A stretch of DNA of 64,000 nt from Dimorphilus gyrociliatus (Eukaryota; Animalia; Annelida), in assembly GCA_904063045.1 (NCBI GenBank), contig CAJFCJ010000023.1, forward strand, positions 124,001 through 188,000, given 5' to 3'. Within the stretch, counting starts at the first letter, position 1. Every line of letters begins with the position of its first letter. Positions 12,301 through 24,300 of the stretch are shown here, one piece after another. Made by a program: the position numbers and the translations under genes. The notes beneath the pieces were generated by a model. It was not told the DNA's origin, did not search any database, and worked only from the letters and a program-made list of their open reading frames with translations.

Positions 12301-15300
12301 CCCCTTGGAAAGTTAGATCACTTGCAGCAGTTCCGTAAGGATAGAAATCGGGAACAAGCACTGAAAATGCATATTTTAATAAGTTAAAATGATGATTTTA
12401 GGGGATTTTGAGATTTAATAATATTTTCATAAACAAACAAATAAACAAACAAAAATCTGAATTTGTTTGATGTAATGTAAGAAATAAACTGATACAAACT
12501 TTTAGAGCAATCTGAACCTTGGAAGCCTGTTACGCATTTACAAATATGTCCACTTTCAGACGGATAGCAAGTTCCTCCGTATTGGCACTGAACATCGGTA
12601 CAATTGTCAGGAACTTCCCCCGATTCTCCATCGGATAATTCTAATATATCCGATAAATCATCTCCCAAAATTAGAGGATCTAAGTTTAAGTCATTATCTA
12701 ATTGAGCAAATCCAAGGAGAGCGAAAAAAACTATCACTTGTCGAATTGATGTCATTATTACGAGTTCCGCTGCAAGAATACAAATTGAGAATATAAGCTA
12801 CCTCTTATATAGAATGCTATTTTTAAACTGGGGGCAACCACACCCCTAATCTCACGTTCGGTATATATGGACGGTCAAATAAGATATTAATTGGCCTATA
12901 TAATTAGACAAACTAAAAGAAAAAGAAACCAGTGTACAAACATATTTTCATAATAGAAAGAAGAGAAAGAGAGAGACTTTTTTTTTAAATATTTAATGAA
13001 TTGAAAAGGAAGAAACTTTACCTTTTCATTATGTCTATTTACTTTTGTTACTTAAAAAAATACGTTTTTATTATAATTAAAGCAAAAAGTAAAATATAAA
13101 TAAAAGATTTAGACTATGAGCTATATTATTATAAAATATTAAAATAAGGATTTTAATACATGCTTAACTAATTCCACCAGGGTTAGGTTTAATGTGGGAG
13201 GCGAACTTTGATAAAGAAATGTAAAGGATTAAGTATAGAAGAAATAGAGATATATTTTTGCGTCTTTAGAAATACTTAGATAATTCTTTTTATCTTTTTT
13301 TTTTTCCTCATCTGCTGAGTTGACACTTTAGCTGAATTTTCTTTGTAGTTATTTTTCTGGTATTTAATGTTATTCAGATGGGGAATGCAAGTTCTTACCC
13401 CGCCTAGATTTTTGTCTTTTGTTATTGTATTACCAACTTAGAATCAAATGTTACGAAATTATCATTTCGTAACTTCTTTCGTGACGTGTGATTTATTGTG
13501 ATTAAGGTGTTTTGTGTTAAAAATAGCTTTAGTACAATCTTTTAACGTGAAAATATAGGCTAAAAAGTAAGAACATAAGGAAGTACAATAGACAAAAGAA
13601 AGAGAAAAAGTATCTAAAAACGTTTAACAACACTCTTCCTTCCTTTCTCTCTCTCTCTCTATCTATCTATATCTCATAAAAAGGAAGATAAAAGTGTTTA
13701 AATACCACAATTTTCCACAAGTTACAAGTCAAGAAGGAGACTAAAGCTCTTTTTCCTAACTTCTCACAAGTAGTTTACTTCTTAAAAGATATAAAGTGAA
13801 TGAATGTAAATCGAAACTGTTTAACTACACTTTTTTAAAAAAAATTGTCAACATTCTACAACATTCACGCCTCTCGGCACGCCTCTCGGCACGCCTATTT
13901 ACCCAAGAATTTCCCAAATTTATAAAAATATTTGCTAAAAACGAAAAAGACTGGTACATAATTGAGATCTCTTCGTATAAGGATTGCTAGTAACTTTTTC
14001 TCTTCTTTTCTTTTTTTCTTTTTGTCTATTTTTAGCTTTTCCGTTGAATAGTGCCATTGTCTCGAACTTAGGCCAAGTGTATTGTTAATTCTTAGAAATG
14101 CGTCAGCGCATTCTTTATGATAAAAAGATATTAAAGGTTAATACGTTTGCAAATAAAAATAAAAATATAAATAATTCGATCACTTTTTTAATAACTTTAA
14201 ATATAAATATTATTGATGTGAAATTGTTTGGAAATAATCTCTTTTTGTATGACACGGAATGTAAATTTGGTTCTTCCCCTTATGCATATAAAGATTGGAA
14301 CGCTAGATTTCTCCTTTTAAGGCCTACACTAATTCAATAGATATTCAATAATGATCATATTGAGGGAAAGAAGATAGAATAGAGAGGTGGTTTTGTTTTT
14401 AATTTAATCTATTTTATTTAACGAATTATAATAAAATATATAACATAGTCAATTATTAAATTGATCTAAATTTTAGTCCTAGTTTCTCTCTCTCTTTCTC
14501 ACTCTCAATTTGCACTTAAAAATCCTAAATCTACCACAAAACTTCGATTTATTTCTTTTCGCTTAGACTTGGTCAGTGACGTAAATCTTTTATTCCGTAT
14601 TGAATAGTTTAGGATTTAGGACTAACACAGATAGATACATACATATATACACACACCTTTCACTTAAAAGATAGAAGGATTGATAAATAAATATGATCGT
14701 ACAATAAAATAAACGGATATAGTCTATTTTATCACTTAACGCAAGTGGTTGAAAAGAATTTTTGACATTTGTAAAAAGATCAAGAGCCCATTATAATAAA
14801 AGACTATATAAAACTCAAAAACTGGTGTATTTCAAAGTGTACACTCTTGAGAAAATGCTTTATTAACAAATTTCTAATGTTCTTGATAAGAGAAAAACTT
14901 CTTACCTATATACATTTCTTTCTTTATATTTATAATCTTTATTGTTATTGTTGTTGTTGTTGTTGTTGTTATCAACTTATTAATTTGAGCTTTCTTTTTT
15001 AAAAAAACAATCCTTTCTTATTTTAGACGATAAACCAAAGTTTGTATCCGAATTGAAAACTGCCGAGTGCAATGTCGGAGAAACTGTTGTTTTGGAATGT
15101 GAAGTTTCCAAGGAGAATGAAACAATTAAATGGTACCGAAAGGGAAAGTTAATAAAACCAGGAAAAAGGTTAAGATATGAAATCGATGGAAAAGTCCACC
15201 GATTAATCATTAACGAAGCAAGTATGGCCGACGAAAGCGAATATACAGCAAAGTTAGGGACAGAGACTACTAGAGGAGCTGTCACCGTCCAAGGTATAAT

Positions 15301-18300
15301 ATTTGTAATCAAGCATTTGCATAGGCCAATAATAAACAAAAATCAACCGCTTAACCAGTCAACTATGCAGCATTAGATTATATTCCATTTGAATTTAATT
15401 GAAATTTAATAAGGTAAATTTGGGGCTGGTTTCAAACCAAGTTACTGGGTCATTTTTTAACTATTGTTAGCAATAATAATGTAATAGACGACCTCTAGAA
15501 TATCAAAAGTTAACCATTATTATTTAATAATTCTATTTTCAATAAGGAAAGCGAAACTACTTATTGTATTTCCTTATTAATAGACTTTCAAAGTTATATA
15601 TAGGCTTTTAATATGCATTCACTAAATAATCTATCTTATTCTTGTTAACACTTCTATAAGATAATTATGTTTTTTTTTGCATTAATTCCAGAATCTAATC
15701 TTACAATGGCTCTGCAAGATGAAACGGTTTCTGAATTTTCACCTCTTGTACTAAGTTTAACAACATCAAAAGTAGTTAAGAATGTTGAGTGGTTTAAGGA
15801 CGATAAAAAACTGGCTGGAAAGAGATACGCTCAAAATTCCGATGGTAAACTTCATACTTTAACAATTAACGATGTAAGACGAGACGATGGTGGAATATAC
15901 GTTGCTGTTGTTGAGGAAGAGAAAAAGTCTTGTCATGTTGTCGTTAATGGTAACGAATACTTAAATTAAAGATATTAAATATCAATGTTTAATTGGCTTG
16001 TTTTTTTTTTCTTTACTTATTTTTTAATAGAAGTTCCAATAATATTTACGAAATCATTGGAAGAAATAACTGTAACAGAATCTTCAGATATCATTCTATC
16101 GTGTGAAACTAATAAACCAGTTAAAACTCTTGAATGGTTTAAAGACGATACGCCAATCAAGAAAGGCGACAGATACGATATAACATCGGAAGATACAAAC
16201 TTTACGCTAACAATTAAGGATAGCGTTTTATCCGATGCCGGAAAATATAAAGCTGTTGCTGACGATGACGTAGAAACAATTGCTAATTTACATTTAGATG
16301 GTACATCTTCATTTCTAAAATATTCATTCATTTATATCTTTTCATGTTAAATAGAACTTCCGGCTATATTCACTAAGGCTCTTCAAGAAATGAACATAAT
16401 CGAAAAAGAACCAGTTACTTTAGAATGCGAAACCAATAAACCAACAAATAATGTTGAATGGTCTAAAGATGGCGAAAAATTAAAACCGTCTAAAAGACAT
16501 AAACGCGTATCGAAAGGTAGGCGTCATTTGTTGCATATTTTAGATACTATTCCAGAAGACGAAGGTGAATACGAAGCTTCCGTTGGAAATGAGAAGACTA
16601 GTGCTAAATTGAATATTCAAGGTAGTGATTTATTTGGAGGATTAACGCTTTTTATATCTATAATGAATAATGATTTTTGTTTAGAATTATCTGCGGAATT
16701 TACAATTCCACTGGAAGATAAAACTATCACCGAGCACCAAGAAGTATCGCTTAATTGCGCTTTATCTAAACCTAATAAGGAAGTTGAATGGAAAAAAGAT
16801 TCAATACCTTTAACAAATGATGACGACAACTATGAGATTACAACTGACGGTTGCGAGCATACGTTAACCATCAAAGATGCTACAATGGACTATAACGAAG
16901 CCAAATTTACCGTTCAATGCGGCGATAAATCAACTAGTGCTAATCTATATGTTGAAGAACTTCCGGCAGGTTTTAAATCGCCACTTTCTCCTCAATCGTG
17001 TACCGAAGAGGACACAATCGTACTCAGTTGCGAAACTGATAAAAATGTACCGGTTAAATGGTTCAAGAATGGAACAGAAATAACCGAAGGTCTTCGATAC
17101 AAGATAACTCAAGAAGGGAATATCTGCTCTTTAACAATTAAAGATGCTAAACTATCAGATACCCACGACTACAAATGCGTAATCGTTAAAAGCGGAAATA
17201 GTTGCCGTGCACCTGTTGTAGTTAAAGGTAATGTTAATAGTATATTTTTTATTACATAAAGAAAATACACCTTTTTCCTTATTACAGAGAAACCAACTGA
17301 AGTTATTATACCTCTTCAAAATCAAATTTCTTTCGAAGAGGATACTGTTACATTTACATGCGAACTAAATAAACCAAATAAAACTGTTAGTTGGTTTAAG
17401 GATGATACAGAATTAACTGTTTCAAATAATGAATATTCAATAACGAACGATGAATTTACATATTCTCTTACCGTTCAAAAATGTTCAATGAACGATGGTG
17501 GAAATTATACAATGAGATGCGAAGAGGCCGAAACAAATGCTAATCTAACTGTTCAAGGTAGAATATAGTCATCATTAAATTCTGTCCAAAATCTCAATTC
17601 TATTAATTCTTTTCTTTTATAGAAAAACCAATTGAGATAACTATACCGCTAAAAGATAAGACAACAATGGAAAAAGAGACTATTAAATTAACAGTTAAAA
17701 TTTCAAAACCATCCGAAAAAGGAAAATTCTATAAAAATGGAGAAGAGATAACCGTTTCTGAAAGATTTCAACTTGACAAGAGTCAAGATAATCAAGAGTT
17801 TACATTGACAATAGCAGATATAACTTTAGATGAAAATAACGCTACGTTTAGCTATAAAATAGAACAAGCTACAACTAGTTGTACAGTTGTTGTTAAAGGT
17901 TATTATTATTATCATTTGTTAGTAAAATATTTGACCTGATTTCCTTCTTTTAGAACTTCCGATAGAGATTATTAAAGAATTAAATAATATAGAAGCAATT
18001 GAAGAAGATACTGTTGAGTTTACATGTAAACTGTCTAAACCAAATAAACATAATGGTGTCTGGAAAAAAGATAATGATGTTATTAGTGCCGATGCTAAAT
18101 TTAAAATTGACACTAACGAAGAAACGCAGAGTCTAACGGTTTCTTCCGTGACTTTGGATGATTTTGGCATTTATTCTTACTCTATTGAAAAGGTTTCAAC
18201 AGAAGGAAGACTAATTGTTGAAGGTATAGTTCATATTATTTTGAACTTTCAGATAGCCTAAATAAGAATTGAAATGACAAAGAATGTAAACAAAAACAAT

Positions 18301-21300
18301 AATTATTTCCCTTCCTTTTTCCAATTAAGAACTTCCACCTAAAATCATCGAACCTTTAAAGGATCAAACAACAACTGAGAAACAAACTGTTAAATTTACT
18401 TGTAAACTATCGAAACCTAATAAAAAAGTTATGTGGTTTAGAGATGGTAAAGAAATAGAAAAGAATGAAAGATATAGCTTCGAAATTGAAAATTGCTCCT
18501 ATACAATGATCTTAAAGGATACAGTATTAGACGACGAAGCTCAATATTCCATGAAAATTTGTGATGAAGAGACTAGCTGCGTTCTAAGAGTTGATGGTAA
18601 AGTTTTATCTTATTTAGAATATTCTTTTAATGTTATCTAATGAAATATTTAAAATAAAAACTACAGAAGCGCCTGCTGAAATAATAAAGCCTTTGAGAGA
18701 TATGAAGTGTAAAGAAGAAGAAACTGTAACTCTGGAATGTACATTATCTAAACCAAATCGTCAAGTCAATTGGTTCAAGGGTGAAACCCTAATTACGGCG
18801 AACGATAGAATTGAGATATCGTGTGATAACAACGTCTATTCGTTAACTATTAAAGATAGTATTCTCGAGGATAATGATACTTATAAGCTAACCGTTGAAG
18901 AAGTTAGTACAAGTTGTAAATTAACAGTTGAAGAACTGCCCTTAAGATTTATAAAAGAATTGGAAGATGTAGAAACTTACGAAGAAGAAACAGTTATATT
19001 TGAATGTATCATAAATAAATCAGATAGAAAGTCAATATGGAAGAAAGGCAATAAAGAAATTAAACCAACTGATAGAATACTAATCGAAACTGAAGGACCA
19101 TCTCATAAACTAACAATAAATAAATGTGAACTAGACGATTCCGGTATTTTAAGATGTTTTATCGAAGATTTAAAAACGAAAGGAAAATTAAACGTTTCCG
19201 GTAAAAGATTTCTTATAATTTGAACAAAATAATTGTTTTTAACTCTTTTATTGTTTATTGGTTTTGTTTTTTTTTTACTAATTTTGAATAAAAATTGTTT
19301 TGAATTGAGTTTTATTAACACAAGTTTTTAATGAAAAACTCCCAACCAAGTCTTGCTTTTGAATGCTTGAAGTGAAAAGAGAATTTAGCATTTTTCAACC
19401 GTTATGATTTTAATCTTTTTATAGAAAAACCATTGGAAATAATTGAACATTTAAAAGATATTCAAACGAAGGAAAATGAAGAGATAACATTGTCTTGTAC
19501 AGTTTCAAAACCAAATCAAAAACCAAAATGGAGAAGGAACGGTAAAGATATAAGAAAAGACGAAAGGTAATATACAATATGAAATATATATATATATATT
19601 GTATAGTTTATTAATAAAATTCTAATCAAAATAATCAGACATGCTCTTAAATCGGATGGACAAATTCATACTTTAACAATAAAAAATACAAATATGAATG
19701 ATCACGAAGCTAAAATTGAAATTGCTTTTGATAAATTAACAAGCAATTCTAAAATATTTGTTGAAGGTTTCCATCTTTTCAATATTTTAAAGGATTAGAG
19801 TTTTCTAATAGATTTTCTTAAACAGAGGATCAACTAGAAATTATTAGACACTTGGAAGATCAACAAGTAGACAGTTTTGATAAGACTTGTCTATTTGAAT
19901 GTGAATTTTCTAAGGAAATTCAAGTAGAATGGATGAAAAATAAACAAATTATTAAAAACACTAAAAAGTATGTTTTCTTCTATTTTATTATATTTTCTTC
20001 CTTTAATTAATGCATCTAATCTTTGTCTAAAAGATATGAAATATCCTCAAATAAAACCATTCATACTCTTAAAGTATCTAAAATCAATAATGAAGACGAA
20101 ACTGAATATACCTGCTCAGCCAGAGGATTGTCAACTTCCGGTAAACTTGTAATAAAAATAGTTCCTCAGTTATTAGATGAAAACTATAAGAAAAAAGTTG
20201 TAACAAAGATTGGTTCAAAAGAAACAATAACTATACCTATAAGAGCCTATCCTGAACCAAATGTAATCGCTTATCTAGATGATAATGAATTAGATGAGGA
20301 TAAGCGAAGAAAAATCTCATTGGTTGATGATAAATTAACTTTTGCTATTACTAAATGCGAGAGAGAAGATACGGGAATCTATAAAATTGTCATAAGGAAT
20401 AATTATGGAGAAACAACAGCTGAAATTGACTTCACTGTTCTGGGTAAGATTTTTTTTACTATATAAACTGAGAAACCAAATCAACTCTCTAATAGATAAA
20501 CCTTCACCTCCTATAAATCTATCTGTTTGCGATATAACTGCCGAAAGTGCTGTATTTAATTGGAATGAACCAGAAGACAATGGAGGTTCGCCAATCACTG
20601 GATATCGTATTGAAAAGAGAGTAAGTCTCTGTAAAGTAGGACAACTGTTCTATTAATTTTATAACAATTCTTAAAAATTGATTAGGAAATGTCCAGAAAA
20701 ATGTGGAAAGAAGAAGCAAAACTAAAAGAAATGACTTTCAAATCAACAAAATTGATTAAGAATTCCACTTATACGTTTAGAGTGTATGCCATTAATGATA
20801 TTGGTGAAAGCGAGCCAGCGGAACTTCCCGAACCATTCGTTGCTAAGGATCCATTTAGTAAGGACAGATTATATAAAAAAAATAACGTTGTTTTCTATGT
20901 AATTCTTTTCTAGATGTTCCCGGCAAACCGGATGCTCCAGTAGTATCTGACATCTTCTCAGAAAAATGCAAATTATCTTATAAACCTCCAGAAGATGATG
21001 GCGGAGCTGAAATTATTGGTTATGTTATTGAAAAGAAAACAAAATCGTCTTCAAGATGGATAAAAGTTAATAAAGATTTATGCTCAACATTAGAATATAA
21101 TGTTACAGACTTGCTTGAAGGAGAAGAGTATCAGTTTAGAATTGCTGCTGAAAACAAGGCCGGTCTAGGACCATTTAGTGAACCATCTCAGCCTATTTTA
21201 GCAAAGAATCCATGGGACAAGCCAGGAAAACCCTCCAAACCAGAAGCTTCGAGTGTAAGCGGAACTTCAACAAACTTGGAATGGAAAGAACCTGAAAATG

Positions 21301-24300
21301 ATGGAGGTGCTGACATTGTTGAGTACATTATGCAATTCAGAACGGAAAATAACCCCCAATGGAAAGATTATACTGATAAAACTCCAAACACGAAAACAAA
21401 GGCTAAAGGCTTAAAAGAAAATGAATCTTATCAATGGCGAGTGGCTGCTATCAATAGAGCTGGAAGAGGAAGCTTTTCTGAACCGTCTGATTATATACAA
21501 ACAGTTGAGCCCGTTGTAGGTAATGCTCCTGATTTGAAATCAGGATTGGAAGATAAATTAGTCGTCGTCCCCAATTCAATAAAATTAACAGCCGAAATTC
21601 AAGGCGAACCTGAACCAAAAATTTCTTGGTACAAGGATTCAAAACCCGTATTCAGCGATCGGCTGATTACTGAATATGATGGTTCATGCGCTACACTTTC
21701 TATCGAAGAAACAGCAACAAGCGATGATGGAATATATAAAGTTCTCGCTACGAACAAATTAGGAGAAATTACTAGCGAAGGAAACCTTACAGTTCATACC
21801 GTACCTCATATTACAGCAGACGAATCTTTGAAAGAGATTATTATCAAAGCTGGAAAGACATGCCGAATTCCCATTACATACTCTGGAATACCAAAACCAA
21901 CTGTACAATGGGTTCAAAATGACGAAGACAAAACCGAAAATGCTACAACAAATATTAAGGAACAAAAATCAGAACTAACACTGAAAAATTGTGAGGGTGG
22001 CAATTCTGGAACTTATACTGTTACCGCTGAAAATCAGCATGGTTCAGACTCTGCTTCTTTTGATCTAATCGTAAAAGATCGACCGTCACCTCCAAGGAAT
22101 CTTCAACCAAAAGAAATTTATAATAACTTCATTGTTATACAATGGGATGAACCGGAAAGTGATGGCGGTGAACCTATTCAATCCTATACTATTCATAAAA
22201 GAGATGCTCAGAAACAAACTTGGATTAAAGTTGACAGCACTCAAGCAGATGTTCGACAAATTAAAATTACGAAACTTACTGAAAATCATTCATACTTTTT
22301 TAAAATTGTCGCCGAAAACTCTATTGGAATTTCAGAGCCGTGTGAAAATACCGAAGCAATTAAGGCTGAATTGCCATTCAAACCTCCTGGACCTCCAGAG
22401 AATTTGAACGCTTCTAATACATCAAAAACTTCAACGACATTGAAATGGGATGAGCCTAGCAATGACGGTGGATCACCAGTAAAAGGTTACTTTGTTGAGA
22501 GAATGTCATCATACAGTTCGAAATGGTCGAAAGTAAATCAAAAGTTAGTAAAAGAGAAAGAATTGAATATATCAGATTTGGAAGAAGGTGTAGAATATAA
22601 ATTCCGTGTAATGGCTGAAAATGAAGCGGGACAAGGAGAACCGTGTGAACCAATCATACTTACTGCAAAAGATCCGTTTGGTAAGAACCAAATTTGATTA
22701 CTAAAAACAAAATAAGATTGCTATTTGCTTTTTTTAACTGTTTCAGATAAACCTGGACCTCCTGAGTCTATTGAAGTTTCCGAAATGCAAGAGTCAGTCA
22801 TGATTGTGCAATGGAAACCACCAAAGAATGACGGAGGTGCCGAAGTTACAAACTACATATTAGAAGTGAAAAGAAAGGACGGAAGATCATGGAAAAGAAT
22901 TGGTAAAGATGATAACTTACTAGATTTGAAATACAAGTTTGCGGATTTGGAAGCCGATGTAGAATACGAATTCCGAGTTGCAGCTGAAAATAAAGCAGGC
23001 GTTGGAGATTATTCGAAGACTTCTAAACCTGTTAAATTTACGGAACCAATCAATTTTGCTACTCCTCTCGAAGATCAAACCGTTAGCGAATTTCCAGCAA
23101 CAGCTTCTTTTGAATGTATTATAAGTAAATCAAATTTGAAAGCGAAATGGTTGAAAAATGGCAAAGAGCTTTCTAAAACCGATAAAAAATACAAAATGAT
23201 TTCTAAAAACGGTACTCATCAGTTGCTCATTCAGGACGTTGAAGGAAAAGATGAAGGAGAGTATACAGTTGACTTTGAATCTGTTAGAAGTACAGCTAAT
23301 CTCTATGTGAAAGGTAAATCAAAGCTAGAATGTGTTATAGTTTCTTTTTTATAAATTTTGAACTTTTTTTAGTTCCACCAACTTTTAAATTTGATAATTT
23401 CAAAGAAGAAATTATACTTAAAGTAGGACAGTCAACTGTTCTCGAATTTCCTTACGAAGCATATCCAACACCGGATGTTATATGGTCATTCAATGAAAAT
23501 GAAATCGGTACTGATAGAATCCAATGTGAAACAATTACCAGAATGACTAGTCTGCGTCTTAAGAATGCGAAAAAGTCTGACGAAGGCATATTCAAAGCAA
23601 TTCTTCGTAATCAATATGGCGAAGGATCTTGCAGCTTTTCAGTGAAAGTTTTGGGTAATTAACTAATTTCTAATACAGTTATAACTTCTTTTTATGAAAC
23701 CTACAATATTGTATTTCTTCATAGATAAACCTGGACCGGTTGAAGAACTAACACCAAAAGATGTTGAAGCTACAGAAGTGACTCTATCATGGTCAGAACC
23801 CGAGTCCGACGGAGGTTCACCCATAACCAGATATAAAATTGAAAGACGAGATGTAAAGAGGACTTCCTGGAACAATGAAGTTTTCTCTACAGAACCGAAA
23901 ATTTTAATAACCAAGTTAAAGGAGGGAAATTCGTATCTCTTCAGAGTTTGTGCTGAAAATTCAATTGGCTTTGGTCCGTGGACTGAAATACCCGAACCAG
24001 TGATTGCCAAAAGCAAGTATTCAGTACCCAGTCCACCTCTAAATCCAAGGGTACAAGAAATATTTAAGAGCGAGTGTCAAGTTGGCTGGGATGTACCTGA
24101 AAATGATGGAGGAAAACAGATAACAGGTTACATTCTTGAAAAACGAAAAACAAATAGCAAATTATGGATTAAGCACAAAGCTACCATAACTGATACTGAA
24201 GTCAAAATCTCTGAATTAGTAGAAGGAAGCGAATACGAATTTAGAATATTAGCTGAAAATGAAATAGGTACAAGTGAACCATCCGAATGTACTAAGCCTA

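Noticed and set aside
13100-14900. Search by eye for muscle microRNAs (miR-1/miR-133), tRNAs or transposon remnants in the large intron and in 56.2-58.2 kb
   Set aside because: No convincing mature-sequence match, cloverleaf, terminal repeats or transposase/RT motif was seen. A covariance-model scan (Infernal/Rfam, tRNAscan-SE) would be needed to exclude them properly.
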